DNA of 64,000 nt, taken from assembly GCA_001643675.2 (NCBI GenBank), contig LSRY02000037.1, positions 992,001 to 1,056,000 on the forward strand, in the 5' to 3' direction. The notes under the pieces were generated by a model. The model was not told the DNA's origin. It ran no database searches and saw only the letters and a list, made by a program, of their open reading frames with translations. Below, piece after piece: positions 25,098 through 37,976 of this stretch. This DNA is from Monocercomonoides exilis PA203 (Eukaryota > Protista > Preaxostyla). The position numbers and the translations under genes were made by a program. Position 1 is the first letter of the stretch, and each line of letters begins with the position of its first letter.

Positions 25098-25515
25098 TTA
25101 ATAAAAAAATAATGAACAATCAGAAGCTGATAATTGACCAAAATAGACCACTTTGGATTTATAAAATATTTTGGGAAAAAAAATCACCGCTATATGAATG
25201 AAGATGAGTATTTCGAAAAAAACTTCATGCTTGTTGGTTCTTGCATAAGTGCGTGTTTTGAACACAACTATAACATGGTTCGAAATTATGGTAATCATAA
25301 AAAATAATTGAGATTTGTTCCAAAGTTCTTTTGAGATTAAATAAAAGAAAAAATTCCATTTCAAAGCAAAGATAATAAGAACAATTATTAATTAAGGAAG
25401 ACATTCGTGTGTTCACCAAAAATTATTCAAATGGAATAAGCATCATTCAAAGCAGAATTTTAATATCAAATAATAAAATGTTCAAGAAAGAGAATCCAAG
25501 TGAGGGAAAAAAGTC

Positions 25516-28500
25516 TTTCTAATATTTTTGAAAACATTTTTGGAGAAGTTTGCGTTGTTGTTGAATACAAATTTTGAAAAATTCGTTTCGAAAAAAAAAA
25601 TCTCAGAAACAAACTCGAATAAAAGAAAATTGAATTATTTCATTTGAAAATATGTTTGCAAGGATAAAAATTAAAAATGAAAAAGAAAATCCAATATTTA
25701 TTATTCTTCATTGGATTTGAAAACAAGTGAAACTTTTCTTTATAGATTTATTCGTGAAATAGTGTCCTTTTTATTGACATGAAAGAAAATAGTTTCAAAA
25801 AAAAATTACAGAATTTATTTCAAATACAAATTTTCCAATTGTTCCAAATGATTCTTAAAAATACATCTTTAAAAAGATGATAAATTATAAACATAACCAA
25901 TATTATTTATATTAAAATAACGAAAGTGTTTTTCTTTAAAAATAATTTTGTCAACTTTTTGAAAATTTGAAGTTTTTCAAACTTTCGACTTTGCTTTAAA
26001 GCTTGTCGATCAAGGTGATTATTGTTGAAATCATAACTAATATCGGAGTGTTGATTCTGCAAATATTCTATTTATTTGGAGACTAGTTATGTATTCAAAA
26101 GAAAAAAAAACAATAAATGTAAAAAATCAGGTTGTTTGAGATTTTATTCATGAAAAAATATTTTTGTTGCGAGTTTTAAACTTTTCTGAGTTCATTTTTC
26201 AACATTCAAAATGGTTTCAAAAATCGAACTTTTTGATTGTTAAAAAATGATTTCAAAAAATCATCACCCATTTTGATTGGAGTGTTCAGTCAACTTCTTC
26301 CAAGATTATTTTTCTTTTCAGGTGCAAAGACTGGTTAAAATTAAAGAGAAGAAGAAATTTTTGATGTTCGCTTGGAGAAAAAAAAACGTTTGAATTTTTC
26401 ATTCAGACTGACAGTCAAAATGATTTTCCGAAATGTGAAATATTAGAGGTGGAATATTGAAATGTTTGTTGGAAGAAAATGAAAAAGAGAGGAGATCTGA
26501 AGAAGGGAAATCAAGCGAAGAGAAATATTTCTCCTTCTCCTCAAATACTCCAATTTCATTCCCAAATAAAACGCTCTCAGTTTCATTTCCTCCTTCAATC
26601 TCATCAAAAGAAGTTTCTGTTTTGTTTTCGGATGCAATTTCTTCGTCCGATTGAATCATCGTTTTTCCAGAACTCATGATGAATAGCACATTCATTTCAT
26701 GCTTCTTCAACAGATAAGATTTGAAAGTGCATGTCAAATGCTTCATTTTGAGCTCCCTCAATTCTCTCAATTTCTCAGAAAATAAACAAAAACCAGCAAA
26801 TTAAACAACAAATAATAAATTGTCTGATATTCTGAAATGAAAAGTCAAGTTTTGATAAAAGGGGTCAAACAATTCTCCAATTGCACGGAAACAAAACAAG
26901 TTCATTCAAATTTTAAAATCATATTCTTCTTTCTTCTGTTGTTCAAAAAAATGAATAAAAAACAAAAATGAATTGGATACAAAAATTTAGATGCTGACTT
27001 CACATTTGTGTGCGAAACAAAATAAAGCATGGAATTGCATTCCAATTAAAAAATTAATAACAAATACATAATAATCGTGATAATTGAAATATAAAAGATA
27101 AAATCAAAAGATTAAAAAAATACTATGATTTACACAAATAAATCTTTTATTAAATTGAAAAATAAATAAATAAATAAATAAATAAATAAATTATCTCTAA
27201 TAGAATTGCTAATCTCAATTCTACTCCTGGGTGCTCATTTCTATTTCTTTGTTTTCATCTTTGCTTCCCTCTTTCTCTCCGTCTTTGTTGCTTTTGGTCT
27301 TCCTTTTCTTGACAACCATCAAAACAACCACAACCACAACCACTGCAACAACAACAACAACAACTATCGGAACCACAATCGCAACAACAGTTCCTGCATT
27401 TGGTTTCTTCTTGCCTTCTGGAGCAGGTTCTTCCTTACTCTTCAAATGCTTTTCATATGCATCCTCTGGATCAGATTCTTCATCTTTTGCTCCCATAATC
27501 CAGCCAGCTGCTGATTCATCAAAATCTTTCGCAAACTCAAATGCATCGTCCTGTTTGCAGAACTCATCAAAATCAGGTGCAGCAATGAATATTGATCTTG
27601 CTGTTGAATTAGCTGTGTTTGAGCCATCAATCTCAAGATTGTTTGTCGAAGGAAGTTGAAGATTTGATGCTGCCTTTGGCATTTTAATGAACATTGCCCC
27701 TGCTTTCCCATTTGGCGCTGTGCATGACTTGAATGTGCATTTGCTGTTTCTTCCAATCGCAACTGTCGACTCTTCCGAAGTTAAAGAAATCTCCAACCCA
27801 GCCACTTTTCCATTTTCTGAATTCACTCCATTCATGCTCAGCCCTTCAATGCTAACTTCTGAAGGTGTGCTGCCTTCATTCTTAATAGTAATCGCTGCTC
27901 CATTTTGAACATTCACGTTGCTGATCTCCACTCCATTCAACGAAGCCGAACTCACACTGCTGAAAGAAAATGGCGATGAAGAAAACGAAACTGTGCTGCT
28001 GCTATCTGTGCATGAAACTGTGTTCATTGCAACTTTCCCTCCAACAACACTCACAAGACTGCCAACAACAACATCACCCCCATCTGCATTTATCGCCATT
28101 TTCTCTGGCGATTGGGCTCCAATTCTGACAAATTTGCAATTGCTGATGGTGAGTGATGCTGACTTTTCATTTCCATGAATCAAAGAATTCCATTTTTTTT
28201 CATAAGTGGGAAAGTTAAATGCCAAAGACTTGAATTCCACCTTTTGTTCGCATGTAAATAAATCAGATGATGCACCAACAGCACAATCAATAGCCACTTC
28301 TGCATTTCCATTTCCATCACTGTTCACTCCTTCAATGGTTATTCCCTTTTCGTTGCTAATTGTCATTTCTTCTGCTGTAAACTGGCTTTCGTCTTTTACA
28401 ATCTCGATGAAGTATCCTTCAGAACAAAGAACTTCATCTAGTTTATCAAATGCTTCTTTCAATAAACTCAATGGTGAAGAACTTGTCAATCCGTCTCCTG

Positions 28501-30645
28501 TTCCTTTGTTCTTCAAATAGATCTTTCCGGTTTGATCTAAATACATGGACACAAAATCGTAAATTTTTTCTGCTCCATCAACACATGCTGCAACAAAACA
28601 CAAATTATCATTCCGAGTATAATCTGCTGCGAAACTCTTCTTCATTTCTGCTGCTAGGTCTTCGAATAACGAGTCATTTTCCATTATCAAAAATATTCCA
28701 GTATTTCTTTTCAATTCGCCTTCTCCAACTGTGCATTTGTCAAATATCAGATTCTTTCCATTTTCGGGCCATTTAATCTGACTTGCTGATGTAATAGCTT
28801 TCATTCGTAGCAATATTCCTCCGGAGCCATAATACCGTTCACTATTGCACAATGAAAAAGTTGTGACACCTCCATCTCCAACAGTAAATGTGCTTTTATC
28901 GCCGTCAGTATCGAAATTCAAAGGCATACCAACGCTGTTTATCTCCGAAAATGTGCTCCCATTTAATCTAACTTCAACATTGGTTTTTAAGTAACCATTG
29001 ATTTTGATAACGGATTCTGCATATATATTATCATTTGGATCATCAATTATTTTAATTTTTTTCAAAGTCAAATTAGACAATATCACAGTTTCAGCGTTAC
29101 TAATCATAAACAGTTCGTACGTCGATATTAATGTATTTTCTTCATCTGCGCATTCAACCGAGTCCATTGTCAATGATCCTTGATATGAGTCAACTAATCT
29201 AAAATCAATCACGTTTTCCCCTACTGGCCGAATAAATTTGCACTTGCTTATAGTCAAGCTTGTTTTTTGTGCACTTATCAAATTTAACCTATCTATTTTT
29301 GGATCTTTTGCCAATGTTGTTGGAATGTGGAATGCCAAGTATTTGAATTCCACGGGACAATAGCAATTAAATAAAGTTTGATTTGGATTTACGTCACAGT
29401 CCATTGCCACTTCAGTGTTCCCACTTCCATCACTTTTCCATCCTTCAACAGTAACTTTTTGCTTGCTTCTAAATGTAACTGAGTCCGCAGTTAATGGATC
29501 TGTATCTTCAACAATTTTCATGTAGCATTCGGTTTCATTGCTCAGAAGAAGGTATGCCAAAAAGAAAGATTGTCTTTCCTGATTAATATCTAATCCGCTG
29601 TTGGAATTGTTCCCGCTTTGCTTGAGGAACACTGTTGTAACTGGTTGTGATGGTTCGTTTTGAGAATAAACCGATATTACGATTTGGAAAAGTATTAATC
29701 CCCAGAACATCTTCAAATAACACTTTTTTCAATTTTTATTTTGATCAATATTAGTATAAAATGAAAATTCAAAAACAAAATAAGATAAAAAGAATTTCAA
29801 ACAAAATAAAACAACAAAAGCTTGGAATGATACAAAAATTATTTGTTTCTATGAAACAAATTTTTGATATTTATTTTGTCAGCAAAATTACTGTTATTCT
29901 TTCAGAAAGAATAAATTGATTGTTAATTCCGAAACTTTGTTGTTTGCAAAAATGAACAATCCTTTTTTGCTTCAAATTATTGTCTCTATTGTTTTGCTTG
30001 AAAAAAATATGATTAAATCATTTGAATGATAATGAATTTGACGAATTTGCACATTCCATTATTGTTAACATTTTGTCTTTTATGAACATGTTTTGCAATT
30101 GAAGGAAATTGTTGAAGAAAAGATGCTAAATATGTTAAAAAGATTATTATTTATATTGTAAAGACCGATGAGAATGAAAAGAGGTTTGGTGGAGTTGTCA
30201 TTGCTGTTGATAAATATTCATTATTGTTTTTGATTTTGTTCATTGCAAAGATTGTCACAAAAGGAAAAATTGCTCATTTGAGCAGAAAACAAAAGATGCT
30301 GCGAAAACAATGAGATTCACAGTGAATTCATTTTCTTGAAATCAGAAAGAGAAATTGAAGAATCCAAAGACGAAGAAAAAGAATGAGAAATTTGCAGTCA
30401 AATGAAGAGAAAAAGAAGAATAACAGTCTATTTTGTTATTCACTATCTTTCTTCTTTCCAATATTTCTTCTTTCCCCTCTCTCCATAACCTTCATTTTAC
30501 AGCCATTCGCACAAATTTCGTTCTCCACCAGGAAGGATCTGATATTTCAAATTCACAATGAAGTCATTGTGGTTTCTGTAATTTTCAACTTATTCTCCTT
30601 TCTCTCGTCGTGCTTCTTTTGCTTCTGTCACTTCATCTGCTTCTT
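25516..30645. repeat. Inverted repeat IR2, left arm (~5.1 kb)
   Basis: Reverse complement of 53785-58910, including the surface-protein gene, (TAAA)n and non-coding flanks. Confidence 0.96.
27221..29710 (-). CDS. Type I membrane surface protein (~829 aa): signal peptide, two tandem ~375-aa beta-rich domains, poly-Val TM, short charged tail (copy A)
   Basis: Intact intronless ORF with ATG at 29710 (MFWGLILFQIVISVYS). Internal repeat VTVEG..SDGSGNTEVAMDC / ITIEGVNSDGNGNAEVAIDC. TM VVAIVVPIVVVVVVAVVVVVVVLMVV followed by KKRK. Confidence 0.9.
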   Translation of the reverse strand: MFWGLILFQIVISVYSQNEPSQPVTTVFLKQSGNNSNSGLDINQERQSFFLAYLLLSNETECYMKIVEDTDPLTADSVTFRSKQKVTVEGWKSDGSGNTEVAMDCDVNPNQTLFNCYCPVEFKYLAFHIPTTLAKDPKIDRLNLISAQKTSLTISKCKFIRPVGENVIDFRLVDSYQGSLTMDSVECADEENTLISTYELFMISNAETVILSNLTLKKIKIIDDPNDNIYAESVIKINGYLKTNVEVRLNGSTFSEINSVGMPLNFDTDGDKSTFTVGDGGVTTFSLCNSERYYGSGGILLRMKAITSASQIKWPENGKNLIFDKCTVGEGELKRNTGIFLIMENDSLFEDLAAEMKKSFAADYTRNDNLCFVAACVDGAEKIYDFVSMYLDQTGKIYLKNKGTGDGLTSSSPLSLLKEAFDKLDEVLCSEGYFIEIVKDESQFTAEEMTISNEKGITIEGVNSDGNGNAEVAIDCAVGASSDLFTCEQKVEFKSLAFNFPTYEKKWNSLIHGNEKSASLTISNCKFVRIGAQSPEKMAINADGGDVVVGSLVSVVGGKVAMNTVSCTDSSSTVSFSSSPFSFSSVSSASLNGVEISNVNVQNGAAITIKNEGSTPSEVSIEGLSMNGVNSENGKVAGLEISLTSEESTVAIGRNSKCTFKSCTAPNGKAGAMFIKMPKAASNLQLPSTNNLEIDGSNTANSTARSIFIAAPDFDEFCKQDDAFEFAKDFDESAAGWIMGAKDEESDPEDAYEKHLKSKEEPAPEGKKKPNAGTVVAIVVPIVVVVVVAVVVVVVVLMVVKKRKTKSNKDGEKEGSKDENKEIEMSTQE

Positions 30646-32705
30646 CATCTCAAATTGTTTCTTTCCCTCCACTTCCACATTTATCAGAGGTTTCGTCGTC
30701 GTCGTCATCATCATCATCATCTTCTTCTTCTTCTTCACCTTCTTCACCTTCCTCTTCACCTTCCTCTTCACCTTTCTCTTCCTCTTCCGCTTATCCTCCG
30801 ATATTCATCAACCATGAAACGGGCTTATCTGCCCACCAGTTCGCCTCCATCTCCACAGCATTTTTCTCCATTGATTGCACCATCTGTTTCATCCTGTGAA
30901 TTAGTGCTCCCTTTTGCGACTCACAAACTTTCCTTCTCAACGTCCAATTCAAGTCCCTCTCTGGAAGTCTTTTCCCTGTTCTCTTCGCACTCCCCATCCC
31001 CATCTCTCCCGATCAGCCTTCCAAACAATCTGCGATTGTCACCTTTCTCAACATCTGCATCCTCGCCAGCTGGTATATCTCCTTCCACTCGTCATGGATA
31101 AGCAAGCTCTTCTGTCGTCTGCATCCTCGACGGATCACTTGTTGTTCCCCCTTTCTTCTTCTTCTGCTTCCTCTGTTCCAAATCAGCAAGAAAGCTCCTT
31201 CAGCATGATTCACATTTTCTTCACCTCCATCTCGCTCAATCAGTTCTTCTATAGCATATACGAGTGAAATGGCAGTTTAGCTTGTGTGTCCGCCTTCTTC
31301 CCCATCATCCAGAGTAGTGCTCCCTTGTCCCTTGGCAGCGCATCAGTTTTCTGTTGAAACTCTTCAGCAACAATTGATTGACACTCAATAAGCAGAGGTG
31401 CTCCTCAGTTGCCTCAAGGCTCCACTAACAATTCCTGGTACAACAACAAAGTGCACATCGCTAATTGCACACAACATGGAATTTAAATAAAAAATGACTC
31501 TCTTTCTCTTTGTCAGAACAGCAAAGCTGAATACGCTCTCCTCGCCAGCCAGTAAAGCGAGCTCTGCTGAAACCTCAGGTTGTTTGTCATCTTGCTATCC
31601 TGCACTTTTACCACAGCGACTGATAAAGCATCTTCATTTCGATGTTCTCCTCTTGCGATCCCATCAACAGATCAATCATCAACTTCTGCATCAGCTGCAC
31701 AACAACTTTCTTTTGAAGACCCCTGCATTGCAAGAATGTTCGTGGAAGGTGATATTCCAAGTGTGAGAAGTCATATTGCTGGGTACAACACTATAGGCAG
31801 TTGATTTGGCACTCTGCGAGGAAGAAAAAGAAGAGGAAGAAGAGGAAGAAGAGGAAGAAGAGGAAGAGAAAGAAGAAGAAGAAAAAGAGGAGGAGGAGGA
31901 GGAGGAAGAAGAAAAAGAGGAGGAGGAAGAAGAAGAAAAAGAGGAGGAGGAGGAAGAAGAAAAAGAGGAGGAGGAGGAGGAGGAAGAAGAAGAGGAAGAG
32001 GAAGAGGAAGAGGGAGAGGAAGGAGGTTAAAGAATAATGTGATTGGCAAAGCAGAAATTGTTGGGAAAGAGATAGATGAAGAAGGCGAAGGAGAAATTGT
32101 AGAAAAGAATGTTGAATTTCAACAAAAAATTAAAGGCTTCCTTCCACCGGCATTTTCAGTAGAAGAAAAAGATCGTTCAAATTGATTTCTTTTGTAGCAG
32201 GTGTTATTTTGAATGGCTGCTATTTCAGGATTCATCTCAGCAGTAACAGCAGAAATGTGATCAGTGAAGGCAATATTGGAGCGTGAAAAGCATTTTTGTT
32301 CAACTTTCAATTCAGGCCATCCGAAAGGAGAGGCGTTTCTTTTGAAAAAGGTTTGTTTTCTCCAGTTTCTTCATTCAATTGTTTGGCAAACAAAAATCAT
32401 ACGGCTTTTGCTGTTCAAGGTGCCTGATAAACCGAAAAGAAAAGTGGAGGCTGTTATTGTTTTTGCTTCATCAACCATGCGTCTTTGCATATTTGGGGTT
32501 TGAGCTGGGATTCACATATATTCATTAATTGTTCATTTCACTCGAAACAATTTGACCACTTCATTCTCCCAATTTGCGAACATTTTTCTTTATTTTCTTT
32601 TCGCGCAAACAGCCATTGCTTTTTGCCTGCTCGATCCTTTTAGCTTTTTAATTCTATTATCATCAACAGTTCTTCCAGCAACTTTGAACAGACATCATTG
32701 ATCAG

Positions 32706-32749
<44 letters not shown>

Positions 32750-32950
32750 ACTTGAAAAATGTCAATGAACACAAAAGCAAATCGATATATTGCACAAACT
32801 TTTCCATTCCTGGAATCGGAAATTAAAAAATGCAAGAAACTCTTTTCTCCTCAAGAATTGCGCCGAGCAGTTTCTCTCTTCTCACAAGCAAAATACCACT
32901 TTAGCATTGAAATTAAAATCATTGCAGGAATGAGGAGAAGCCTGCTTTTA
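30400..32950 (-). pseudogene. Degenerate low-complexity gene remnant(s), unknown product
   Basis: Coding-like but stop-interrupted frames and a probable intron at 32706-32799 (GTTTGT...poly-T...AAG). Limits approximate. Confidence 0.35.
31819..32027 (+). repeat. GAA/GAG polypurine tract with ~21-nt higher-order unit (GAAGAAAAAGAGGAGGAGGAG-like)
   Basis: Directly visible. Confidence 0.9.
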
Positions 32951-33231
32951 ACGGTGTTTTTAATCAAAAACCGTAATCAAATCCATCAAAATGAAGTTCT
33001 GTTGGTTTGATCAAACAGAAACTAAAGAGCGATATTTCTGTAGAATCCAAACCTAGATCGTAGGACTCGTTGGAAATTCTATTTTATCGCTTATTTTTTT
33101 GTGAAGAAAAAGCATTTGCATCGAAACCGATATCCTTTCATTTTGAAAAATAATCAACAATGTTTGTATTTCAATTTTGCTTTGTTTGTTGAAGTGTTAT
33201 TATTTTTTTTTTCGTATGTCCAGAATATATA

Positions 33232-34720
33232 ATGAACAAAGATTGTGCAATTGATCATGTCAAAGAAAAAGAGGAGGAAGAAGATTCTGATGATGAAGAA
33301 ACTGATGATGAAGAATTCATGTCTTATCTCACAGAAATGTTTGTAAGTTTGTGGTTATATTTATTTAATTCAACATTCGATATTTTGAATGTTATTTGTG
33401 AATTTTGAAGGATTGCTAGGTGAATTGAAAGATAGCAACAAAAATGAACAGAAACAGATTATCGAAGAAGTGAATGGGATATTGGATGAAATGGAAAGAA
33501 AAGAATTGGAATCTGTTTTATCAGATGAACTATCCAACAAAATACATAAAATGATAAAAGAAAAGAAACTTTCGATGGAAAATGCAATTTTGTTGTTGAA
33601 GCACATTGGATATTTGAAAACGTTGAAAAGAATAAATATTTATGACTTTGAAAAAATTTCTTTGGGTGAAAGAATTGATAAGATGAATGCTGAAGAGGAA
33701 GAGAAAAAAGAAGAAAAGAATAAAAAACTCTTGGCTGATCTTTGCGAATGCTATCTTTTGCTAACCTACAGGCCTTCATATGAATTTATATCAGCAAGTT
33801 GTATTCTCTGCATTCTGAAGGTTGCCTCGAGGAAAGATGAAACAGAGGAAGTTCAAAAGGATGTGGAAATTGCCTTGCTGGCTTTGAGATACATTAGCCA
33901 ATATTTTGTACGAACATTTCTGTTTCCTGTTTGATGTTATTATAATTTTTTTTTATGTTTTCAGAAAGTACCTGAAGAACTGTATTTGAATGAAATCAGA
34001 GAGATCATCAAATATCATCAGAAGCATCACAACCTAACATCACTTGCTTATCAGTCTGCATGGCAGTTTTTGGTGAATAGAATGGTTTACGATAATTCAC
34101 CTGTTGAAGTTATCGCAAATGAACTGCATTTTGCAAGAGAAGCAATTTCAGAACTGGAAGAGCTGACGAAATGCATTGATTGGAAGAAAAATGGAGATCA
34201 AATGAAGGAAATGGAAGAAGAAAATCTTTTGGAGAAATGGATCACAACTCTGAATATTTATTTTAGAGGGTGCGAAATACGAAAAAAAGAACATGTTGTT
34301 CTTATTGAGAGCATTATCCAGATGCTTCGAGCAGCAAAGGATTATTGCAGCGGAATTAGTGAAAAATGCATTGAATTACTTATAACTGTATCTTATAACA
34401 CTTCTGTGGAGATCGAGGATTTGTTGAAATGTGGAGCTGTATGTATGGCTTTGGGAGAAATAAACAGACTTGATTTTATGAAAACATCAGTTGAGGATTA
34501 TTTGCAATTTTTCGAAAATATTTGTGAAAGGTTGAAGAAGGTGAATAAAAAAGAAAACGAAGAAACAAAACGAAAAGAAACGAAAAGAAAAGTGTTTGAC
34601 AGGTTGGAAGAAGAAGGATATGAAGATTGCATCATAGGATTCAGCTGTTGCATTGTAGATGAAGAATATAGAAACATTTTTTTTGTTCAAAGAATTGAAG
34701 ATTATTTTGTTCATTGCTGA
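33232..34720 (+). CDS. Member of an expanded alpha-helical (ARM/HEAT-like) protein family, 3 exons
   Basis: ATG at 33232; first intron ~33340-33410 (boundaries unresolved); second intron 33908-33964 (GT..AG, in frame). Shares LLxDLCECY, DVEIALLAL, YHQxHHNLT.LAYQS.W and EEEGYED motifs with two paralogs in the window. Fold is inferred. Confidence 0.8.
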
Positions 34721-35434
34721 TTCACTTTTATTTTTTATTCACTTCATTTATCTTTTGGTGTTTCGTTTTCTCTCTTTTTTTCTTATGAATGAACATGCTG
34801 CATCCGTATTGATGAAGAATTTTCACTCAATTTTTGAATTTATTTTATGTGTGTATTTAATGCAAAATGTGGGGTTTGGCAGCAGATTTCTTGCTTGTTT
34901 CATCTTTTTTCATCTCCTCTGAATGATCTGCGCTAAAAAGATTAAAGCCAATTTGAAAAAGTCTCTTTACTATCTTTTGGTTTTGATGCCAACTTGTTCA
35001 TTGAAAAATGGATGGGCAACGGTTGATATTTATTAAAGTTTTTCGCTTCAAACATTTCTCTCCAACAGAAGCAGCTCCTTCTCAGACTCTGCAAAGTTTC
35101 AGTTCTTTGACATTTTGAGAAATCTTAAAGAACAGAGAGCGAAAAAGAAGAGACATCAGGCATGTTTGATGAAAAAGCGAAACAGGCCACGGAAATAATG
35201 AATAAAAATGAAAATTCCTTTTTTGTAAAAAGAATTGTTGTGAAAGAAATGAAACAAGATATTTTATTGAGAAAATAATGGACAGTTATGTTGCAAAATT
35301 ATTTGAATAATCGTTGAAGTGTTTTGCAAAGAAAAAAAACTATTCAAAACGAATATTATTAAAATTAAGAAATGATTCAAAAAATAAATCAATAAAAAAA
35401 CCTTGTGTTACAAGCAGAAATACATCTCATTTCT

Positions 35435-36920
35435 TCAAACATTTACAAAATATTCAGAAATATCCAATGACAACGAATGATCATAATTTCTTTTTAAAAA
35501 TTCAAAAGCTTCATGAAAGCTTGCGATGATATCTTCGTATCCTTCTTCTTCTAGTTTTTCAAGCATCTTCATTTTCGTTGCCTTTCTTTTCGCTTCTTCC
35601 ATTTCTTCTTCCTTCTTTTCTTTCAATCTTCTTGAAACATTCGTAAAGAATTGCAAGCATTCATATGTCATTTTTTTATTCAACGTTGGTCGCTGCATCT
35701 CCTCCAAAATAGTCTCAATAGCCCCTCCTTTCAACAAGGAATCAATCTTCACTTCCCTGTTGATCGCTGAATATCTTAATGATTCAATGCATTTTTCGCT
35801 TATTTCTCTGTAATTCTCTTTCGCTGCCCCAAATACATTCACAATACAGCTCATAAGTTCAACTAATTCTTCGTTCCACGATTTGCATGTTAACAAATAC
35901 CAAGTCGATGCTCCTATCCATCTCAATAATGCAATCTCTTCTTTCTTTTCTTTTCTTCTTTTGTCTTCATCTTTTTTCTTCCAATCAACACACCTTGTCA
36001 GCTCTTCCAATTCTCTTCTTGCTTCTCTCGCAAGCTGCATCTCATTTGCAACAACATCTTCCAAGCTTCTTTCAAAGCATAATTTGTAAATCAAAAATTC
36101 CCAAACAGACTGATAGGCAAGCCGCGTCAAATTGTGATGCTCCTGATGATATATGATAATACCTTTGATATCATTCAAATACAGCTCTTTTTTAACAAAC
36201 CGATAAAAACATAAGAAAAAATTTCAATGAAATAAAAAATGTGGTATTAGCATCACACATAATCTGCTCGAATGCAACTCAAAGCCAACAAAGCCATTTC
36301 CACATCCTTTTGATTCTCCTCGCTTTCCTCTTTGACCGATGCAGCTTTCAGCAGGCATGGCGAACAAACTGAAAGCAATTCGTGTGTGAAGCCGCAGCTT
36401 AGAAAAAGATAGCATTCACAAAGATCGACCAGAAGCTTTTCGTTTCTTTTTTCTTTTTCCTTCTTCTCCTCTTCTTCAGCGATCATCTCCTCAAATCTTT
36501 CGTAAAGCAATGAACGATAAAAGCCATCAACCCATATAAATTTCAAAAATTTCCAATATCCAACATGCTTCAGCAATAAGCATGCATTTTCGATTGATAG
36601 TTCCTTTTCTTCAATCATTTTGTCAATTTTGTTGAATATTTTTACAATGAAAATAGATTTAAATTTTTCTCTTTCCATTTCATTAATCATTTCATTCATT
36701 TCAATAATTTTCTTTCTCTGTTCATCTTCATCGCAATCTTTCAGTTCTGAAAACAATTCTTTAAAAAAGAAAAAGAAAAAATAACAATCATCAAGAATTG
36801 AAATGCAAAAATGAATGCAAACTGTTGAACTTTTTTGTGGCGCCAGTTGCCTGTATTTTTGAAAATATATCTCATCCAGAAAACAGCAACATTTTTCACA
36901 TTCAAATTGATAGTTCGTAT
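35435..36920 (-). CDS. Second member of the same alpha-helical family (convergent with 33232-34720)
   Basis: ORFs 36253-36960 and 35435-36178 carry the same motifs. The intron near 36185-36258 has CGG where the paralog-equivalent acceptor is expected, but an in-frame AG lies just downstream. 5' end approximate. Confidence 0.75.
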
Positions 36921-37976
36921 ATGTTTGGATTGAAGAAGTTAATGATAAACAAATACTCAAAATATTTATAAAATATATTCTTACACACTTTTTTGTATTT
37001 TATTGACATTTTTAACAAAGGATAATGAGTGGAAACAATAAAAAATAATTAATCTTTATTTGTAATGGACTAAATGATCATCAGATTTGAAAAAACGGAA
37101 TTATCCATTCACTGATTGAGAATTCCATGAGTGAACATTATCTGTAGAACTAGGAATATTATTTCCTGTGGAGGCAACAAGAAACGAGGCAATGCAATAT
37201 TTTTGGAATTCTGCCCGATGATTTTTGTCAATTGGATGGACAAGGGGAATACAACAATTTCATCAATAACACAAAAAGACATAATGTATGTAATTTATAT
37301 TGTTCTATATGTTGTGAAGATATTTCCGTCTGTATCCTCTCCAAAGTGCAGGAATCCGTATTATTGTTGAAATGGTCAATCTCCGCTTTGTGGAGCAATA
37401 CGATGAGAACGGAGCAGATTATCGTATAGCCATTGGGAAATAAATGAAGTTACGCAAGATACATGATTTTCATAATTTTTTATTTGGAACAAGAGATGAA
37501 AACAAATTCGACTGATGTTTTATTGAATGATGATTTATGGATGGAATTCTGTGAAGGACAAAATCTGCCAAAATTATAAAGAATTTAGGAACATGAGGCA
37601 ATGGAACAGTTTGGGGTATTTTTTGGCAAGGAAAGCAACTGACAATATCAAGGGAAGGTCATTCATCACACAAAAAAGATAACAATTCAATGGAAAAAAG
37701 GAGATTTTCAAAATGTCAATTATATTTATAAGGTTTTCCTGTTTCACGGACTGCTCTGAGCAGATATGGAAGGCTGCGAAATTCAATTTCTGATTCCGCT
37801 TTTGCTTCAAAAGAGTGGAAAAGCGCCAAGTACGAGATATCCAATTATCGAGCGTTTTTTAGCAATCGAAGGGCATTCAGGCCAGCCACATCTGGATTTC
37901 ATTCTTCGAAGGGACAGCCATTTTGAGCAAAAAAATAAAATATAATCAAATAAAATAGGCGATTATCATTCGAAGT

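Larger units (their letters stand above)
23278..25268 (-). mobile_element. pogo-like DD35D DNA transposon, element P3, with ~80-bp TIRs
   Basis: TA|GTTGTGTTCAAAACACTCACTTTTGCCAGAACC...TTCGAAATACTCATTTTCATTCATATA (23276-23356) matches the rc of 25192-25270. TA at 23276-77 and 25269-70. Confidence 0.88.

Noticed and set aside
26399-26770. 123-aa ORF downstream of the surface gene
   Set aside because: Non-ATG start, frameshifted in the other arm (57659-58031), and no recognisable domain.
32709-32747. Poly-A run (~39 nt) as a retroposon tail
   Set aside because: No TSD found. On the minus strand it sits just before AAG in a GTTTGT...AG intron (32706-32799), so it is better read as a polypyrimidine tract.
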